A stretch of 64,000 nucleotides of DNA from Camelus dromedarius (Eukaryota), in NCBI RefSeq assembly GCF_036321535.1, contig NC_087437.1, positions 11,658,001 through 11,722,000 of the forward strand. Reading direction: 5' to 3'. The translations under genes were made by a program, and so were the position numbers. Under the pieces are notes generated by a model. It was not told where the DNA came from and made no database searches. It worked only from the letters and a program-made list of their open reading frames with translations. This document shows, in pieces, positions 35,735-48,925 of this stretch. Within the stretch, counting starts at the first letter, position 1. Each line of letters begins with the position of its first letter.

Positions 35735-36965
35735 TCTTGATTCAACTCAATGCAACATGTATTTGGTTTCATGCTAGTTACTAACGGGATGAAAAAAGAT
35801 GACGAAGACTGAAAGTGTTTGTCAACTTTGGAGGAAACAGATGCTTCTAATTATTTATTACAACCAGCAGAATAAAATGAATGACTTCCACCTTGACTTG
35901 GGAGAAAAAAATTATGAACATTGAACTATAGTAAAAAGCACACGAAAGAAATGCTATGGGAGAGGCACAAAGAAGCTCCCACAGGAGACACAGGGCTAAT
36001 GAATTCTGAATTGAGGAGCCAGGCAGCTTTCACAGATGGGAAAGGGTTTGGAATATATTGCAGGTTGAGTAGGTCTTGGAGAGTTGGACAAGGTAGAAAG
36101 GCTATTCCAGGGAAGGTACGGAATGAAGGATGTGCCAGGCATTTATAAGAAACATCAATATTCTTGAGTGATTGGAGCCAATGAGAGATACTGTTGCTGC
36201 CCTGCCCAGAGCCCCTTTGAAGGTCATCCCTGTCTCAGCTATAATGAGATCACAGCTCTGCCCCCTTCCAGAAAACTGTCCTCAGGTGACGGAAACCACC
36301 TCAACAGAGAACTTATATACTCCCCTTGCCCCATCTTCAGTCCACAGACAGTAACTGACTGGCATCAAGTACAAAAGAGCAACCCCTTCTGCCTCAAGGT
36401 GGGACTAATGGTGAACTTCCTGTCCAGAGCAACCTGGAGATCAGGTTGAGGCTAGACTCCAGCTAGGACCACATGCTTGCTTGCTTCCTTCCCTTCACCT
36501 TCCTACTTTCCTTGATTCCTTTATCCTCCCCAAGTAAGATGCATCTGCCTGAAGCCCTGTCTCAGCCACTGCTTATAGGCAGTCAGAGCTGGGGTGAATT
36601 GAGTTGGAAAGTGGATGGAAACAGCTGGGGAGGATCTCGAATGCCAGGCTAGGTTTAGATCTTACTGTCCATGCAGTAGGGAACCGACCCCTGAAGGTTT
36701 TTGAATAGGAGGAGCCATTGTTCTTTAGCAAGATAAGTTTGATAGCAATTTATATGAAAATGAGGTGAAAACACTGCAGAAGTAGAATTTTTAAGACTTT
36801 GTAAATGATTGGATGTGAGAGAGGAGGTAGAAAGAGGGAAGAAAAGAGGATGTTGAGATTTCTAGTAAGAGCTGTTGACGGTGAGGTGCCAGAGGAAAAC
36901 CAGCATGAAGGCGTCCAGCAAGCAGTTGAAAATTCAACTTGTAGCTTAAGGTCTGGATTGGGGTA
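35735..36965 (-). mobile_element. L2 fragments interrupted by an LTR16-like ERVL LTR (~36185-36590)
   Basis: L2-like attcaactcaatgcaacatgtattt and gaatgccaggct...gaaggtttttgaatagg blocks; central block ctgccctgcccagagcccctt...ctgtctcagcc. Confidence 0.5.
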
Positions 36966-37569
36966 TGTGTTCAGGAATCACCACTCATTAAACGAATAAA
37001 TAGTTATTAAGCACCTCTGTCTTTTACCCACACAAAGGCAAATCAGACATTGTCTGGGGAGGACACAGAGATGTTACAAATATTTCCGTACAAGTGGTTA
37101 ATTGTTGTAGTATACTGGATACAACAGTGGTTGGATAATTTATTAAAACCAATAGACAGTTCACGTAAGAGGTATAAGCCGAATAGCCAAAATCAGTGGT
37201 CTCCTCCTATACTTGTAATAAGTGAAAATGAAAGTGAAAATCAGCCTAGTCACATTGACCACAGAAAGCACCAAATATCTAAGGCTCAATATAAGGTACA
37301 AGAACTTTCTGGGGGGAAAAAAGCAACTATGACATTACAGAGAGGTGTAGAGATCTGAATAAACACACAGGCAAACCATGCTCCTAGTTCGGAAGACCAG
37401 TATCATCTGCTCAGTCTCTCAAATCCAATGATATTCCAACGGAACTCCAATGGAATTTTGGAAGATCTTGTCAAACTGCCAAAAACAAACACACAGACAC
37501 AAGACAAGGACAAACTTTGTGAGAATAGACAAGAATATTTTGAAAAATAAGAATATATATATACACACA

Positions 37570-37757
37570 TTTATTTATTGAAGTATAGTCAGTTTACAAT
37601 GTTGTGTCAGTTTCTGGTGTACAGCACAAACCTTCAGTCATATATAAACACACACATATTCATTTCCATATCCTTTTTCACCATAAGTTACTACAAGATA
37701 TTGAATATAGTTTCCTCTGCTATACAGTATGAACTTGTTGCCTATATTCTGTATATA
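37570..37757 (-). mobile_element. Short younger L1 3' end
   Basis: tttattgaagtatagtcagtttacaatgttgtgtcagtttctggtgtacagc, the same family as the 13818 and 44931 copies. Confidence 0.85.
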
Positions 37758-39680
37758 AAAGATGCCTTTTTAAACAGGTATGAAATCTAGACTCCATGAA
37801 GAAAGTGATTGTAGATTTGATAGAATTTATAATTCTGTACTGTTATAAACTAATACAAAAGAAAAGCAACGAAATGTATCCAGTAGACCAATAGTATTGC
37901 TAATAATTAAAGAGCTCCTACACAGCAATGAAAATATACTTTATCAAGTGGGCAAATGATAAGAGCAGGTCAAAAATATAAATGGCCAATAAACACGTGG
38001 AAAGAAACTCAGTTTCACTCATAATTACAGAACTGAGGGTTAAAACAGATACCATGTTTTTCCATCAAAATGACACTTTGTCAAACCTATTTAGAATTAG
38101 TACTTTGTTGAATGTATTATAAACACACATCCTTTCACTCATTTGTCACTTGTCATTTGACTTTGTTTACTGGTTTTTTTTTGCCTGAAAAAATGATTAA
38201 GTGTTCTGTGTTTTTTTTTCACCAAATAAAACAAACTTTGCCTGTGTGGCTTCTGGATTTTCATCTGCTTTCTTCTAGGTATTTTAAAGTCTTATTAAAA
38301 AAAATTAAATTTGTTATTGTTCTAGAATTAATTTTATTGTAAGGAATTAAGCAGTGATCAAGTTAATTTTCCAACCATCAGTCTATTTTCAAATACCTTT
38401 TATTAAATAATTCATCTTTACTCCATTAGCTAACATTTCCATCTTTATCAAAGACAAAATCGCCTTACTCATTTGGATCTATTTCTGGATTCTGTTTCAT
38501 TGCTGTGTCTGTTCCCTCCACTATCACTTTAAATATTATGATTTTAAAGATTTTTAAATGCTGACAGTGCTTGTCTTTTCTCATTACTCCTGTCTTTTCA
38601 GGTTTCTCTTAGCTATTCTCACATATTCATTCCTGTCCAAATGAATGTCAGAGTTAATCCAATATTTTTATTTTTAAAATTAAAAAAATTAACTTCTTTT
38701 TTCTCAGCTTTTAAAAATATATTGATAAATAAAAATGACATATTTAAGGTGCACAATGTGATGATATTATGCAAATATACATACATTGTGAAACATTTAC
38801 CACAATCTCATGAACACACACATCACTTCACATACTTTCTTTTTTATTTTTTGTGATGAGGATGCTTAAGATTTACTCTCTTAGCAAATTTCAAGTTTGC
38901 AATATAGTATCATTAACTATAGTCCCTGTGTTGTACCTTAAAGCCTCAGAACTTACTCATCTTATAGCTGAAGATTTGTACTCTGACCAATATCTCCCCA
39001 TCTCCCTCACTCATAGCCCCTGGTAACCACCATTCTAGTCTGTTTCTGTGAATGAGGCTTTTCCCTGCCACATATAAGTGGGATTATATGGTATTTGTTT
39101 TTCTCCTGCTGGCTTATTTAGCACAATGTCCTCTGGGTTCATCCGTGTTGTCACAAATGCATGATTTTCTTCTTTTTAAGGCAGGACAATATTCCATTAC
39201 AAGTATATTTCACATTTTATCTATCCCTTTGTCCATCCACAGACACTTAGTTTGTTTCAACATCTTGGCTATTGTGAATAATGCCGTAATGAACAGGGGA
39301 GTGCAGCGATCTCTTCAGGATGCTGATTGTCTTTCCTTTCAGAAATAAACCTGGGAGTGGGATTGCTGAATCACATGGTAGTTCTTCTTTAATTGTTTGA
39401 GGAATCCCTAAATTGTTTTTCATAGTAGCTCTGCCAATTTACATTCCCATCAGCAGCGTACAAGGGTTCCCTTTTTTTCTGCATCCTTGCCAACATTTGT
39501 GATCTCTAGACTTTTTGATAACAGCTATCCTAACAGGTATGAGGTAATATCTCATTGAGGTTTTGCTTTGTATTTTCCTGATGATTAGTGACGTTGGCCA
39601 CCTTTTCATGTACTTGCTGGCCATTTGTAGGTCTTTGGAAAAATATCTATTCAGACTCTGCCCATTTTTTAATCAGGTTA

Positions 39681-40399
39681 CAGTTGACCCTTGAAACAAT
39701 AAGGGGATTAGGGGCACAGATTCCCTCACAGCTGAAAATGTGTGTTTAATTGTGCAATTGGTCCTCCATATTCTCAGTTCTGTATCCTCAGATTCAGCCA
39801 ACCATGGATTGTTAGTACTGTAGTCGTATTTATTTTTAAAAAATCAGAGTATAAGTGGACCTGTGCAGTTTAAACCTGAAGTGGGAGGAAAGGGGGCAGG
39901 GCACAACCACTGAAGGAATGACACAGCAACTGAGGACAGGACAGACTGGTCAGAACCAAGATGGCAGAAGATTTGACTTCCAGTTGACCTTGAGCCTCAA
40001 GGCACAGCCACAGGGCCATGACAGTTCCTAGGCTGACCATAAAAGGTCCAAAAGTGGGTGAGGGCCCAATTCCTGGGAATCCCACCCCCTTCCCCAAAGT
40101 AGTTGGAATAATCCTCCTGCTCATTAGCATATGAAATTACCAAGCCTATAAAAACTAACAACTCCCCACCTCGTGGTCACTCTCTCTTGCCTTCTGAGAT
40201 GGCCTGCACCCTGTCTACGGAGTGTGTGTCTCCTAAGCCATTTTCCCTCCTGAGTGAGACATATCCCACTCTCTATGAAGTGTGTATCTCTCTAAATAAA
40301 CTTGCTTTCACTTTATCATGTCTTGTTTTTGAATCCTTTCCTGCGAGAGGCAGGAATCTATTCTCCCACAACAAACCCATGTAGTTCAAGGGTCAACTG
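39681..40399. mobile_element. Tigger2-family MITE (Tc1/mariner), split by an LTR
   Basis: Perfect 15-bp TIRs CAGTTGACCCTTGAA ... TTCAAGGGTCAACTG with TA on both sides. Confidence 0.92.
39877..40373 (+). mobile_element. Solo MER41-like ERV1 LTR
   Basis: TG...CA ends with perfect TSD AACC (39873-39876 / 40374-40377); MER41-like blocks ccaagatggc, gccatgacagtt, gaataatcc..ttagcatat, tataaaaa, aataaacttgctttcacttta. Confidence 0.92.
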
Positions 40400-42741
40400 T
40401 ATGTATTTTGTTATTAAGTTGTTACTAACCCCCTATCAGATATCCAGTTTGCACATCCAGTATTTTTAAAGCCCTGCTCCTCCCAATCCTAAACTTTTTT
40501 GTAGTTTTCATGGTGATCCCATCAAATTTAGAAATTCATTTATTAAGATTCCTTTACATTTTTGACATTTTCTATCCAATATCAAGATATACATTTTAAG
40601 TTTATTCATCACCTTTATGCCTCTCAGCAGAATCTTAAAACTCTCTTTTCTTCTCTTTTTTGGGGTGTGTATATGTTCTGCACAAGTCATTTGAAATTTA
40701 TGCATGGCTTCTGCTACTATAGATAGTACTCTTAAATCCATTATGCTATCTCGTTATTGTTTGTATAAAAAAAGCTGCTGACTTTTATAAAATTATCTTG
40801 TAACTAATTTACTAGCTTCTTACCTGGCTTTTATCAGACACAGGTTCTGCTTTTTTCGATTTTTAACATGAGAATTGTTCAACCTTCAAAGACCGGATAA
40901 ATCCAGTCTATTTAAATGGTTCCAAAACAAAAAGAAGAAACACTTCCAAATTCCATTCACAAAGCCAGCAAACAGTATTTCATAGATGTCTCCTTCAAAG
41001 GAAACCACAGATCAGCCTTGTTAGTGAAAAATTATGCAAAAATACTGAATAAAATCTTTTTTAAAATATTCTCCTTCTGTTGATAATCTTAAATTTTCCG
41101 TGCATACTGGGAAATCCTCTGCAAGGAGCTAAGTTTACTTTAGTTTTTGTGTTGATACCTTATACCTTATCTTTCCCTTCCCTAAATGCATTGTTTGGTA
41201 TCTTGCAAACAAGAGTAGGCTGAAAATTTTTTGTTTGTTTCCCTTGTCAACGGTATTTTTTTCTCTCTCTTTTTTTTTTTTTTTTTTTTTTGCTATTAAG
41301 CACGATGCTGAAATGAAATTAGTATCAGGTCTAGAAAGTACCACTTGCTCCTATTTTTGCTCAAAGGTCTAGTTTGGCATTATTTGAAGCAATAATTAAA
41401 ATTTATCCTTGTCCTACTAATATGCTATTTTAATTCAGTAAAGTTTTTAATATGAAATCATTCTTACAGTCTTATCTACCATTTTTATTTTTCTGCTAAA
41501 TTATGTTTGCTTATACTTTATTTAGTATTTTTGCATAATTTGCACAAGTGAGATTGATTTTTGTTGTTGTTGTTGAGATATCTGTCTGGTTTCTTATCAG
41601 TATTTTGCTGATTTAAAAAAAAAAGTATTTTAAAGGGTTCTTCTTTATGTTTTGGAGCAACGCAAATAGCCAAGTTTTACCTAACTTTCAAAGGTTGAAA
41701 GAATTTCTCTCCCCTCAACTCCTTCTTAAAAACCTATACCTGAAGGAATTCCGGCAGAAAGCCCACTGAAGTTGGCATGGTTTGACTAGATGTGGACTTT
41801 TCACTGATTTTTCTTCTCTTTTTAGTCTTCTAAATTTGGGGAAATCTTGAAACACATTTTGTATTAAATATAAAAGAAGGAGAGGAAGGGGTGGGGAGTC
41901 ACTCTGTATAGGATGAATGGCAGTTATTAAGACTGTCAGCAGGAAGATTATGCAGGCAGCTTTGTGAAAGTCCAGGAAAAAAATGATAAGGACACAGGAC
42001 ATAGCAACAGCCAAAGAGGAGAGGGTGAAGAGTTGATAGTTAAAGACTTAAGGCTGGATGAATTAGCAGAGGGAGAAACCGCAGAGATAAGACGGCAGAG
42101 CTGTAGTGAGAACCTTAAGAGAGTGCCAAGCGCTTCAAAGGCACTGACAGTTATGTGTGGAATGTCTGAGGAAAGACACTCAAGGAACGTGTGCCTAGAA
42201 ACTCAGGTCTCAGCAAAGCACACAGGAAACATCTACAGAGAAACTGGAAGAAAAGGGAGAGGACACACTGGCCTGAGCCAAGAGTGAAGGCAGCTTCCAG
42301 AAAAAGGAGACGGTCGTCTGGGAGACTTGGTGCGTGGAGGTCTGTTAGAACACCAGGATTGCGGGCATCTTTTGAGAGAGCACTTTGAAGAGAACGGTGG
42401 GGAACCAAAGTATGTGGAAAAGGGGAATGGTTTTCAAAATAAATTAAGTGAAGGGAACCAGAGACTTACATGGTAACTTAAGTGGTGTCTGGGTGGAGGG
42501 AAGGTTTTCCACAAAGGGAAGGAATTGGAGCACAGGGGATGTGCAGCCCCACATTGTTGGCTAAGTAGACTAGCTTCTTGTTGCTCTGGATTTTTTGGCC
42601 GCCATAATTGCTGATCAGAAAGTAATTTATTTCACTACTGCACTGGATCTAGCTGAATTAGTAAGCTGACCTGAATAACTCAAGAATACATTTTTTTCAT
42701 AATCTAAGAAAAGGACTCCATGTTGGTCTGAAATATCAGGG

Positions 42742-43234
42742 TGTGAATGAAAAATATTGCCAGCCCTATCAGTAAACAAAGGATGCTGTGACCATCAGCC
42801 GCTACCACTGCCCTGACAGTGAGCGGAGGGAACTCAGGATGGAGACAAGCAGGCAGCCGGGCCTCTACTGCCACCCCCAACAGTGCCCCCTGAGGGAACT
42901 CAGGGGAAAGAACAGGACACCGGCCCTAGACAGCTAGGTGCATGTCGAAGGAATGATTTCAATGAGCCCAGACCTTTGCACCTTCCCATACATAGAAAAG
43001 TACTTAATTTCGTAACTGGAGATATCCGGTTTTCTTTATTTAACAGTAATTTTTTGATGTTCCAACTACCTGGTTTTTGTGGCAAAACTCCTATATACCC
43101 TGGCTCTTTCCCTGCCTCTTTGGAGCAGTCCCTCAGAGCGATCTGAGAGGTCCCCTGGGCTTGGGTCCTCAGAAAGTCTGCCGAATAAAACATAACTCTC
43201 AGCTTGCAGGTTCTGCATATTTTGGGGGTCAACA
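42742..43234 (+). mobile_element. Solo ERV1 LTR family B
   Basis: tgtgaatg...gtcaaca with perfect TSD AGGG (42738-42741 / 43235-43238); TATA-like cctatata ~43090 and AATAAA ~43184. Confidence 0.92.
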
Positions 43235-43904
43235 AGGGAAATGGTCTTCTGAGCATCATAGCGTTCTGACTGTAAGCGGTCTATTTACTGGTGAACTCTT
43301 TATTTCTGTTTTTCTCTTTCTCCTTAGCAGTGCGGCCGTGGAAAGTTTACGTTAATGCCTCCAAAACAAATAGAACATTGCATACCTTGAGGTTGAGCGT
43401 TCACTTTTCTTATTGAGAAGGAAAATCGAAAAGAGGCCAGCTGCTTTGTTCTTGGAGAGTCACACTCCCCAGCAACTGTGTGCAAAGCTGCTTTTTGCCA
43501 ATTCGCAGGACTTCTCTTGGCCTCTCATTCTGAAAGTGTCCCGTCTTTGGAAGTGGCATGGATGTCACTTGGGGAAGTGCAGCCGTGGTCACTGACCTTG
43601 CATTTTTAAGCGATGTTTCCCGGTGAAGGCGATTCCATATTTTTGATAGAAAATACTACCAGTATCATATATGTTTCACGCCTGGGGCTTCCTGAAATAA
43701 GATACGTAGTGCAAGCATATTCACAGTGGTTTCATACAGGGTGACAGGCTAACTTTCTTTGGGAAAACAACAACTTAAAGCCATAGGATATAATCATCTA
43801 CAAAACATCATTTGGATTATGCAGAAAACAGCTGCTGGGGTTTGTGAGGACCTGAAACTATTCCCATGCAGGCTTGTTCCTTTCCTAGGTGTTGTCAAAA
43901 CAAG

Positions 43905-44640
43905 CCAAGGGCTTCCTGGGAGACAGTTTGGCAGGGTCGACATTCTTCTGACGCAGTCACACCCCTTGGTGTTTACCCAAAGGAACAGAGAACTTAAATC
44001 CACACACACAAAACCCTGCACCCAGGTTATTACAGCAGATTTATTCATCATCGCCGAAAGCTAGAAGCAACCAAACATCCTTCAGAAGGTGACTAAGCTG
44101 TGGCATCTCCAGACAAAGGAATATTACTGCGTGCTAAAAAGAAATGGACCATCAAGACATGAGAAGACATAGAGGAAACTTAATAATGCATATTCCTAAG
44201 TGAAAGAAGCCAGTTTGAAAAGGTGACATACCATTTGATTACCACTACATGACATTCAGGAAAAGACAAAACTAAGGAGACAGTAAAAAAGTTCAGTGGT
44301 GGCCGGGGATTGGAGGGCAGAGGAAGGGGCGCATAGGCAGAGCACAGAGGACTTTTAGGGCAGAAAATAGCCTGTGTGGTTCCATAACAATGGATTTATG
44401 TCAGTATACGTTGGTCCAAAGCATAGAATGGGCGACATCAGAAGTGAACCCCAGTGTAACTGGGTGATTATTTTGTGACAATGTAGGCTCATCAGTTACA
44501 GCAAATGTGCCACCCTGGTGGCGAATGCCGATGATGGGGGAGACAAGGGGTCCAGGGGAAATCTCTGTATCTGCCCATCAAACTTGCTGTGCCCTTAAGT
44601 TGCCTTAAAAAACAAAGTCTTAGTTAAAAAAAAACCCAAC
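43905..44640 (+). mobile_element. L1MB/L1MC-like 3' end
   Basis: cacacaaaaccctgcaccc, gcatattcctaagtgaaagaagccag, caatgtaggctcatcagttacagcaaatgtgccac. Confidence 0.8.
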
Positions 44641-44930
44641 AAATTGTAATATTTTACCAGTAGTCTGATCTTTAGAATAAATATGCAGAAACTTCTGTTG
44701 TCTTAAGTCATCCCAGCTTGTGGTAATTTGTTACAGCAGCCCCTAGGAAACTGTCAGATGACATAACATAATGCACATATTTTAAAAGCCATGACAAATG
44801 TCCAAATATTGAGAAGTGAGTTAGTTAATTGTGGTATATCAATAAAATGTTTTATTGCCTATAAATCTGACAAATATATGGACTTCAGAGAGACACAGAA
44901 AACTCTTTGCTAAGTAATAAACAGCAGTCA

Positions 44931-45170
44931 ATGACTGGGACATTGTGCTGTACACCAGAAACTGACACATTGTAACTGACTACACTTCAATAAAAAAGTT
45001 TTTTTAATAAAAAAAATGTACAGACCTCTAGAAAGTCTAAGCCATCAAAAATAAGTATTTCCTACATCAGAGAAGACTCTCTTTTCAATACACTCATTAA
45101 TTTGCCATTTATAATCTACCTGAAAGTCTATTTCTCTATTCTTAAGAATAAAGAGTTTTAAGGAAAAAAA
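44931..45170 (+). mobile_element. 5'-truncated L1 with a candidate 3'-transduced segment
   Basis: L1 tail (44931-45016), then non-L1 sequence, AATAAA (45147-45152) and an A-run, all inside TSD aaacagcagtca (44919-44930) / aaacagcaatca (45171-45182). Confidence 0.75.
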
Positions 45171-47977
45171 AAACAGCAATCACATGGTATGTACACAATA
45201 CTTACAAACATATAAGAACCACGTATATGCAACAATAAAGGTTTAGAAAAAATCTTTATTCTTACATAATTGGTGCAAGATGGTGAAAGATTTCTTGTTT
45301 ATTGATTCTTTTAATAAAATTTTAAACTCATTGTTTAACTCACTGGTTTTAAATTTTTATATTTGACACATCAAATATAATTTAAATAAAAATTTAAAAA
45401 CAATGAGTTACAAAAATAGTTTGACTTTGGAGTCACCTATAACTGACTTAAACTGAGATTTGAGCCAAATTTGGTTTATGCATATAGATTAATTAATTTT
45501 CCCCTTTGTGGTGCTTTTAAGCCTAAACTAGTAGCATATATTGTAAAATGACACAAGTGGTCCTTTAAGGAATTAGGATTTGTGGGAAACTTCAAGATCT
45601 ATAGATTACATTGACTCTTGAAAATGCTGAAAGTCCTGCTAACTGGGGCTAACACAGAGTGAAAAACAACAGTCATGCCAGGCAACTTAGGAGCCAATAG
45701 ACACAGAAGCTGACGACGACTCTTCTTGTTTTTGTAGACTCTAAGCTATAATTAATACTTCAAGCTCACAGAATACGCGGGATTGGAGGGTTTGGCTTCT
45801 GGAGAAATATTTGTAGTGAAAGTTAAGAAGTTGGTGAAACAGCTTATTAAACTAGCCCATCCCATATAAATACTGTAGTCCATGTAGTGATGAAATCGTG
45901 CTGGAAGCCTCCAAGAGCGCCTTCAGACCAGAGTCAAGTTTCCATTGTACAACTGTAGCTGGCTGTTTTTCAAGCCAGCTGACCTCTTACTTTATGTGGG
46001 TAAAAAAATAAACAACCAAAATGTCCGTCTATCTATGAGGTTGTTTTTGGAAATTAGTTTGTCATGTTGGTTAGTCTTAGAGGTATCGATGAGTGGCCAG
46101 AGTGGAAGCGTTAAAATACAAGCCAATGCCATAAGGAATCCTTGCAATGTTGACCAAACCCACGTGAAACACAGCTGCCATCTGTCTAAAGAGCAAAACA
46201 GGAAGTCATTCTCTGAAGGAATAACTTCCCTCTAAGGGAACCGCCCATGAAGAATCATTTTACATGGTAATTTATATTTCCTGTACAAAACCACCAGCAT
46301 TTAAAGCAACAAAACACCTTGTGAATTTTCTAAAAAGATTTTTCTTCTTATCAGACCACTGGAAGAAGATGGATGTTTGATAGATCACCATACAAATAAT
46401 CAAACCATCTACTTCACAATCTTCCAAGATAATGCTATCCATGAGAGAAATAATGCAAGCAAAGGGTATGCCCCAGATATGGTCTTCCCTCCCCACTGGG
46501 AGGGAGTCTTCCAAATGGCAGTACAACCATCTCTTCTTGGTAAAATCTCTCCTTAGAGACTGAGGAAATGAAAGCACAGAAAGAATAAATAAAGCACCAC
46601 CAGAGTAGAAGGGAAAAAGTATTCATACATTTTCTAAACTTCGGGTGAAAACCATGGTCCTCAAACTTCCCAGTCCTTAGGGTGATTTAGACTCTGGACA
46701 ATTCTTGGTGGGCACATCTCTCTGGGAGCCCTTGCAGGAATTGTTTGGCCTTATAGGCATTGGAAGGAGGTCCATGAATGGAAAGTTTTGGATCTGAATG
46801 TTAACAAGCCTCCCTCCAAAGAAAGACGGTTCTGAGTCATCAAAGGGACATTTTCTAAGCAGAGATGCAATCTTAAAATTAGGGCTGTTGATGTGAGAAT
46901 GTACAATTGTATTTTTCATTTGAATCGCTCTAAAAAAATCCCTTCAGGCCTCGTACCTAATGTTAAGATGATTGTTATGTTCCCAGTGTTATTTTTCACT
47001 TTTCCCAAATAAGCGCGACGCTCCTAAGAATACAAAGAAAAAGAAAAGAAGGCAATTGCCCACACCTGCCCAGATGCCTGTTGTGCGATGACCTCACTTC
47101 ACTGATCATTTTTCCCACTTGAGGTGCTACTGCCACAGTGATGTCACCCCTGCAGGTGACACTAACCAAGACTTTAAGAATATGTTTCTCTATGAGCAAG
47201 GATTTTTTTGATTCCCAGCAGAGCTTATTTGAGACAGACAATTTCTAGACCTTTACATATTCTCCCACTGGAGCATGAAAAGTGGGCGATTTCCTGTTAG
47301 GATTTTGTAACCTGAGGAATTTTATTCTTTTCCTTTATTGGCAATTTCTGGGGAAGATGATTCTGAAACACATTTTGCTGATTATCTAAGAACTATTAAT
47401 TTCAGGTATGAAAATTCCAAATGACATTTATTGACAGCTAAGGCTCTGTCTGAGGTTCATGGAGCTTTAATAATGTCTACTTTGTCCAACAGCCCATGAG
47501 GGGATAAGAGGTGGTACACTCGCATAGACTCCTGACAAAGAAGTCAATTTAAGTGAGATGACACCACTGACGACACTTGTACCACCTCAGAGGATTTAAT
47601 TCTCCTTATCTCCAGTGTTCAAACAGACCAAAATTACCATGTCAGTCAAAATTAAGAATCTCTCTGTTCTCTTAGTCTACATAACTCTTCAACAACAAGC
47701 TCTTTTCACATTTTTGGCTGGCTCCACAAAGCGAAATGTACTTAATGAACTGGGGACTGACCAGATGATTCTGGTCCCAAACTCTGCATATCTTTAGTAC
47801 AGCGAGCACTAGAGACAGGCCACCAACAGAATATATCTGAAAATAAACCACTGTCGAGTCCTAAGTAACTACTCTAAGTAGACTTTTTGAGGTGAGGAGA
47901 CACAGAGCTGGTCCAGGCTAATATTCTCACATTGCATGTGAGGAATTGCAAGTTCATCATTAGCTGGTTCTATCCAG

Positions 47978-48115
47978 TGATGATGATGATGATGATGATG
48001 AGGAGGAGGAGGAGGAGGACGATGATAATGATGATGGTGATGATGGTGATGATAATGGTGATGATGATGATGATGGTGATGATGATGGTGATGATGATGG
48101 TGATGATGATGATGA
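47978..48115. repeat. Compound (GAT)n/(GAG)n/(GGT) trinucleotide microsatellite
   Basis: About 138 bp of tandem triplets adjoining a MIR-like fragment. Confidence 0.95.
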
Positions 48116-48689
48116 CGTCAATTAACATCTACTGAGGGTCTGTACTGAACAACATGCTTTCCAGCCATTGTTTTATTTAACCCTTCCTCTAGCCTTGAGT
48201 GTGAATAATCTGCAACAGAAGGAGAGAACTGTCGGTTTAATTGTGGTATATTTTACTCTACAGTTTAAACATGACTGAATTATTATTCAGCGAATCCTGA
48301 AAATGAAGCCAGATAGGGAAATATGTAATGAATGATCACTCACAGAACCAAACTTCTATGATTTCCTGCACAGCTGCTTTTGAGCGTCCAGGGTTCTGTG
48401 GAAATTTGACCTTGTACCAAATACTGAGGAAATGTGAACAGGCAACTTCCGAGCTAATTTTTATAAATGAAGAGTTCAGAAATGAATAATCACTACATCA
48501 AACTAATTTTAATTTACCTCCTTTCACCCGGTGCCACTCTTCTCCACTGACTAATGCACTGTTTGCTATTTAGATCTGGATGGGAATTTCACTAGTTAGA
48601 TGGCTTATTTAACTGAATGCTGTCAAGAGTAGTTTTTCTATTGGATTGAATGTAATAAGTAGCAATAAAAGGAGTTTCAACTAGAGAGA

Positions 48690-48925
48690 TGGTGACATAC
48701 TGCTCATTAATACACATGGCAGGCACTCCCCTAATTACTCTCCAAGTATTATCTCATTTAATCTTCACAGCAACCTATGAGGTAAAAAAGATACTATGAT
48801 CGCTGTTTTGTAGATGAGGAAACAAGAGTCTCATAGAACTTAAGTAAATAGCTCAGGGTCACAAAGCCAGTAAAATGTGGAGATTTGGCATTTGAAATCT
48901 GTTCTTTACTTCTGAGTCCTAACAA
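48690..48925 (-). mobile_element. MIR SINE
   Basis: tattatctcatttaatcttcacagcaacctatgaggta...gtagatgaggaaac...agggtcacaaagccagtaa. Confidence 0.75.

Larger units (their letters stand above)
38695..40455 (-). mobile_element. L1 (L1MA-like) 3' region, host of the Tigger/LTR nest
   Basis: 3' UTR motifs and ORF2 C-terminal peptide MASKYMKRWPTSLIIRKIQSKTSMRYYLIPVRIAVIKK; resumes after 40401 (aacccctatcagatat). Confidence 0.85.

Noticed and set aside
46272..46919. Minus-strand ORFs of 101, 63 and 80 aa as coding exons
   Set aside because: No recognisable homology and no consistent splice phase chain. Kept only as part of a low-interest unique block.
47508..47588. 11-bp inverted repeat (gaggtggtaca / tgtaccacctc) enclosing 81 bp as a novel MITE
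   Set aside because: There is no TSD and no second copy, and about one such IR is expected by chance in 64 kb.
47932..48135. Poly-Met/Arg ORF
   Set aside because: It is only the translation of the (GAT)n/(GAG)n microsatellite.
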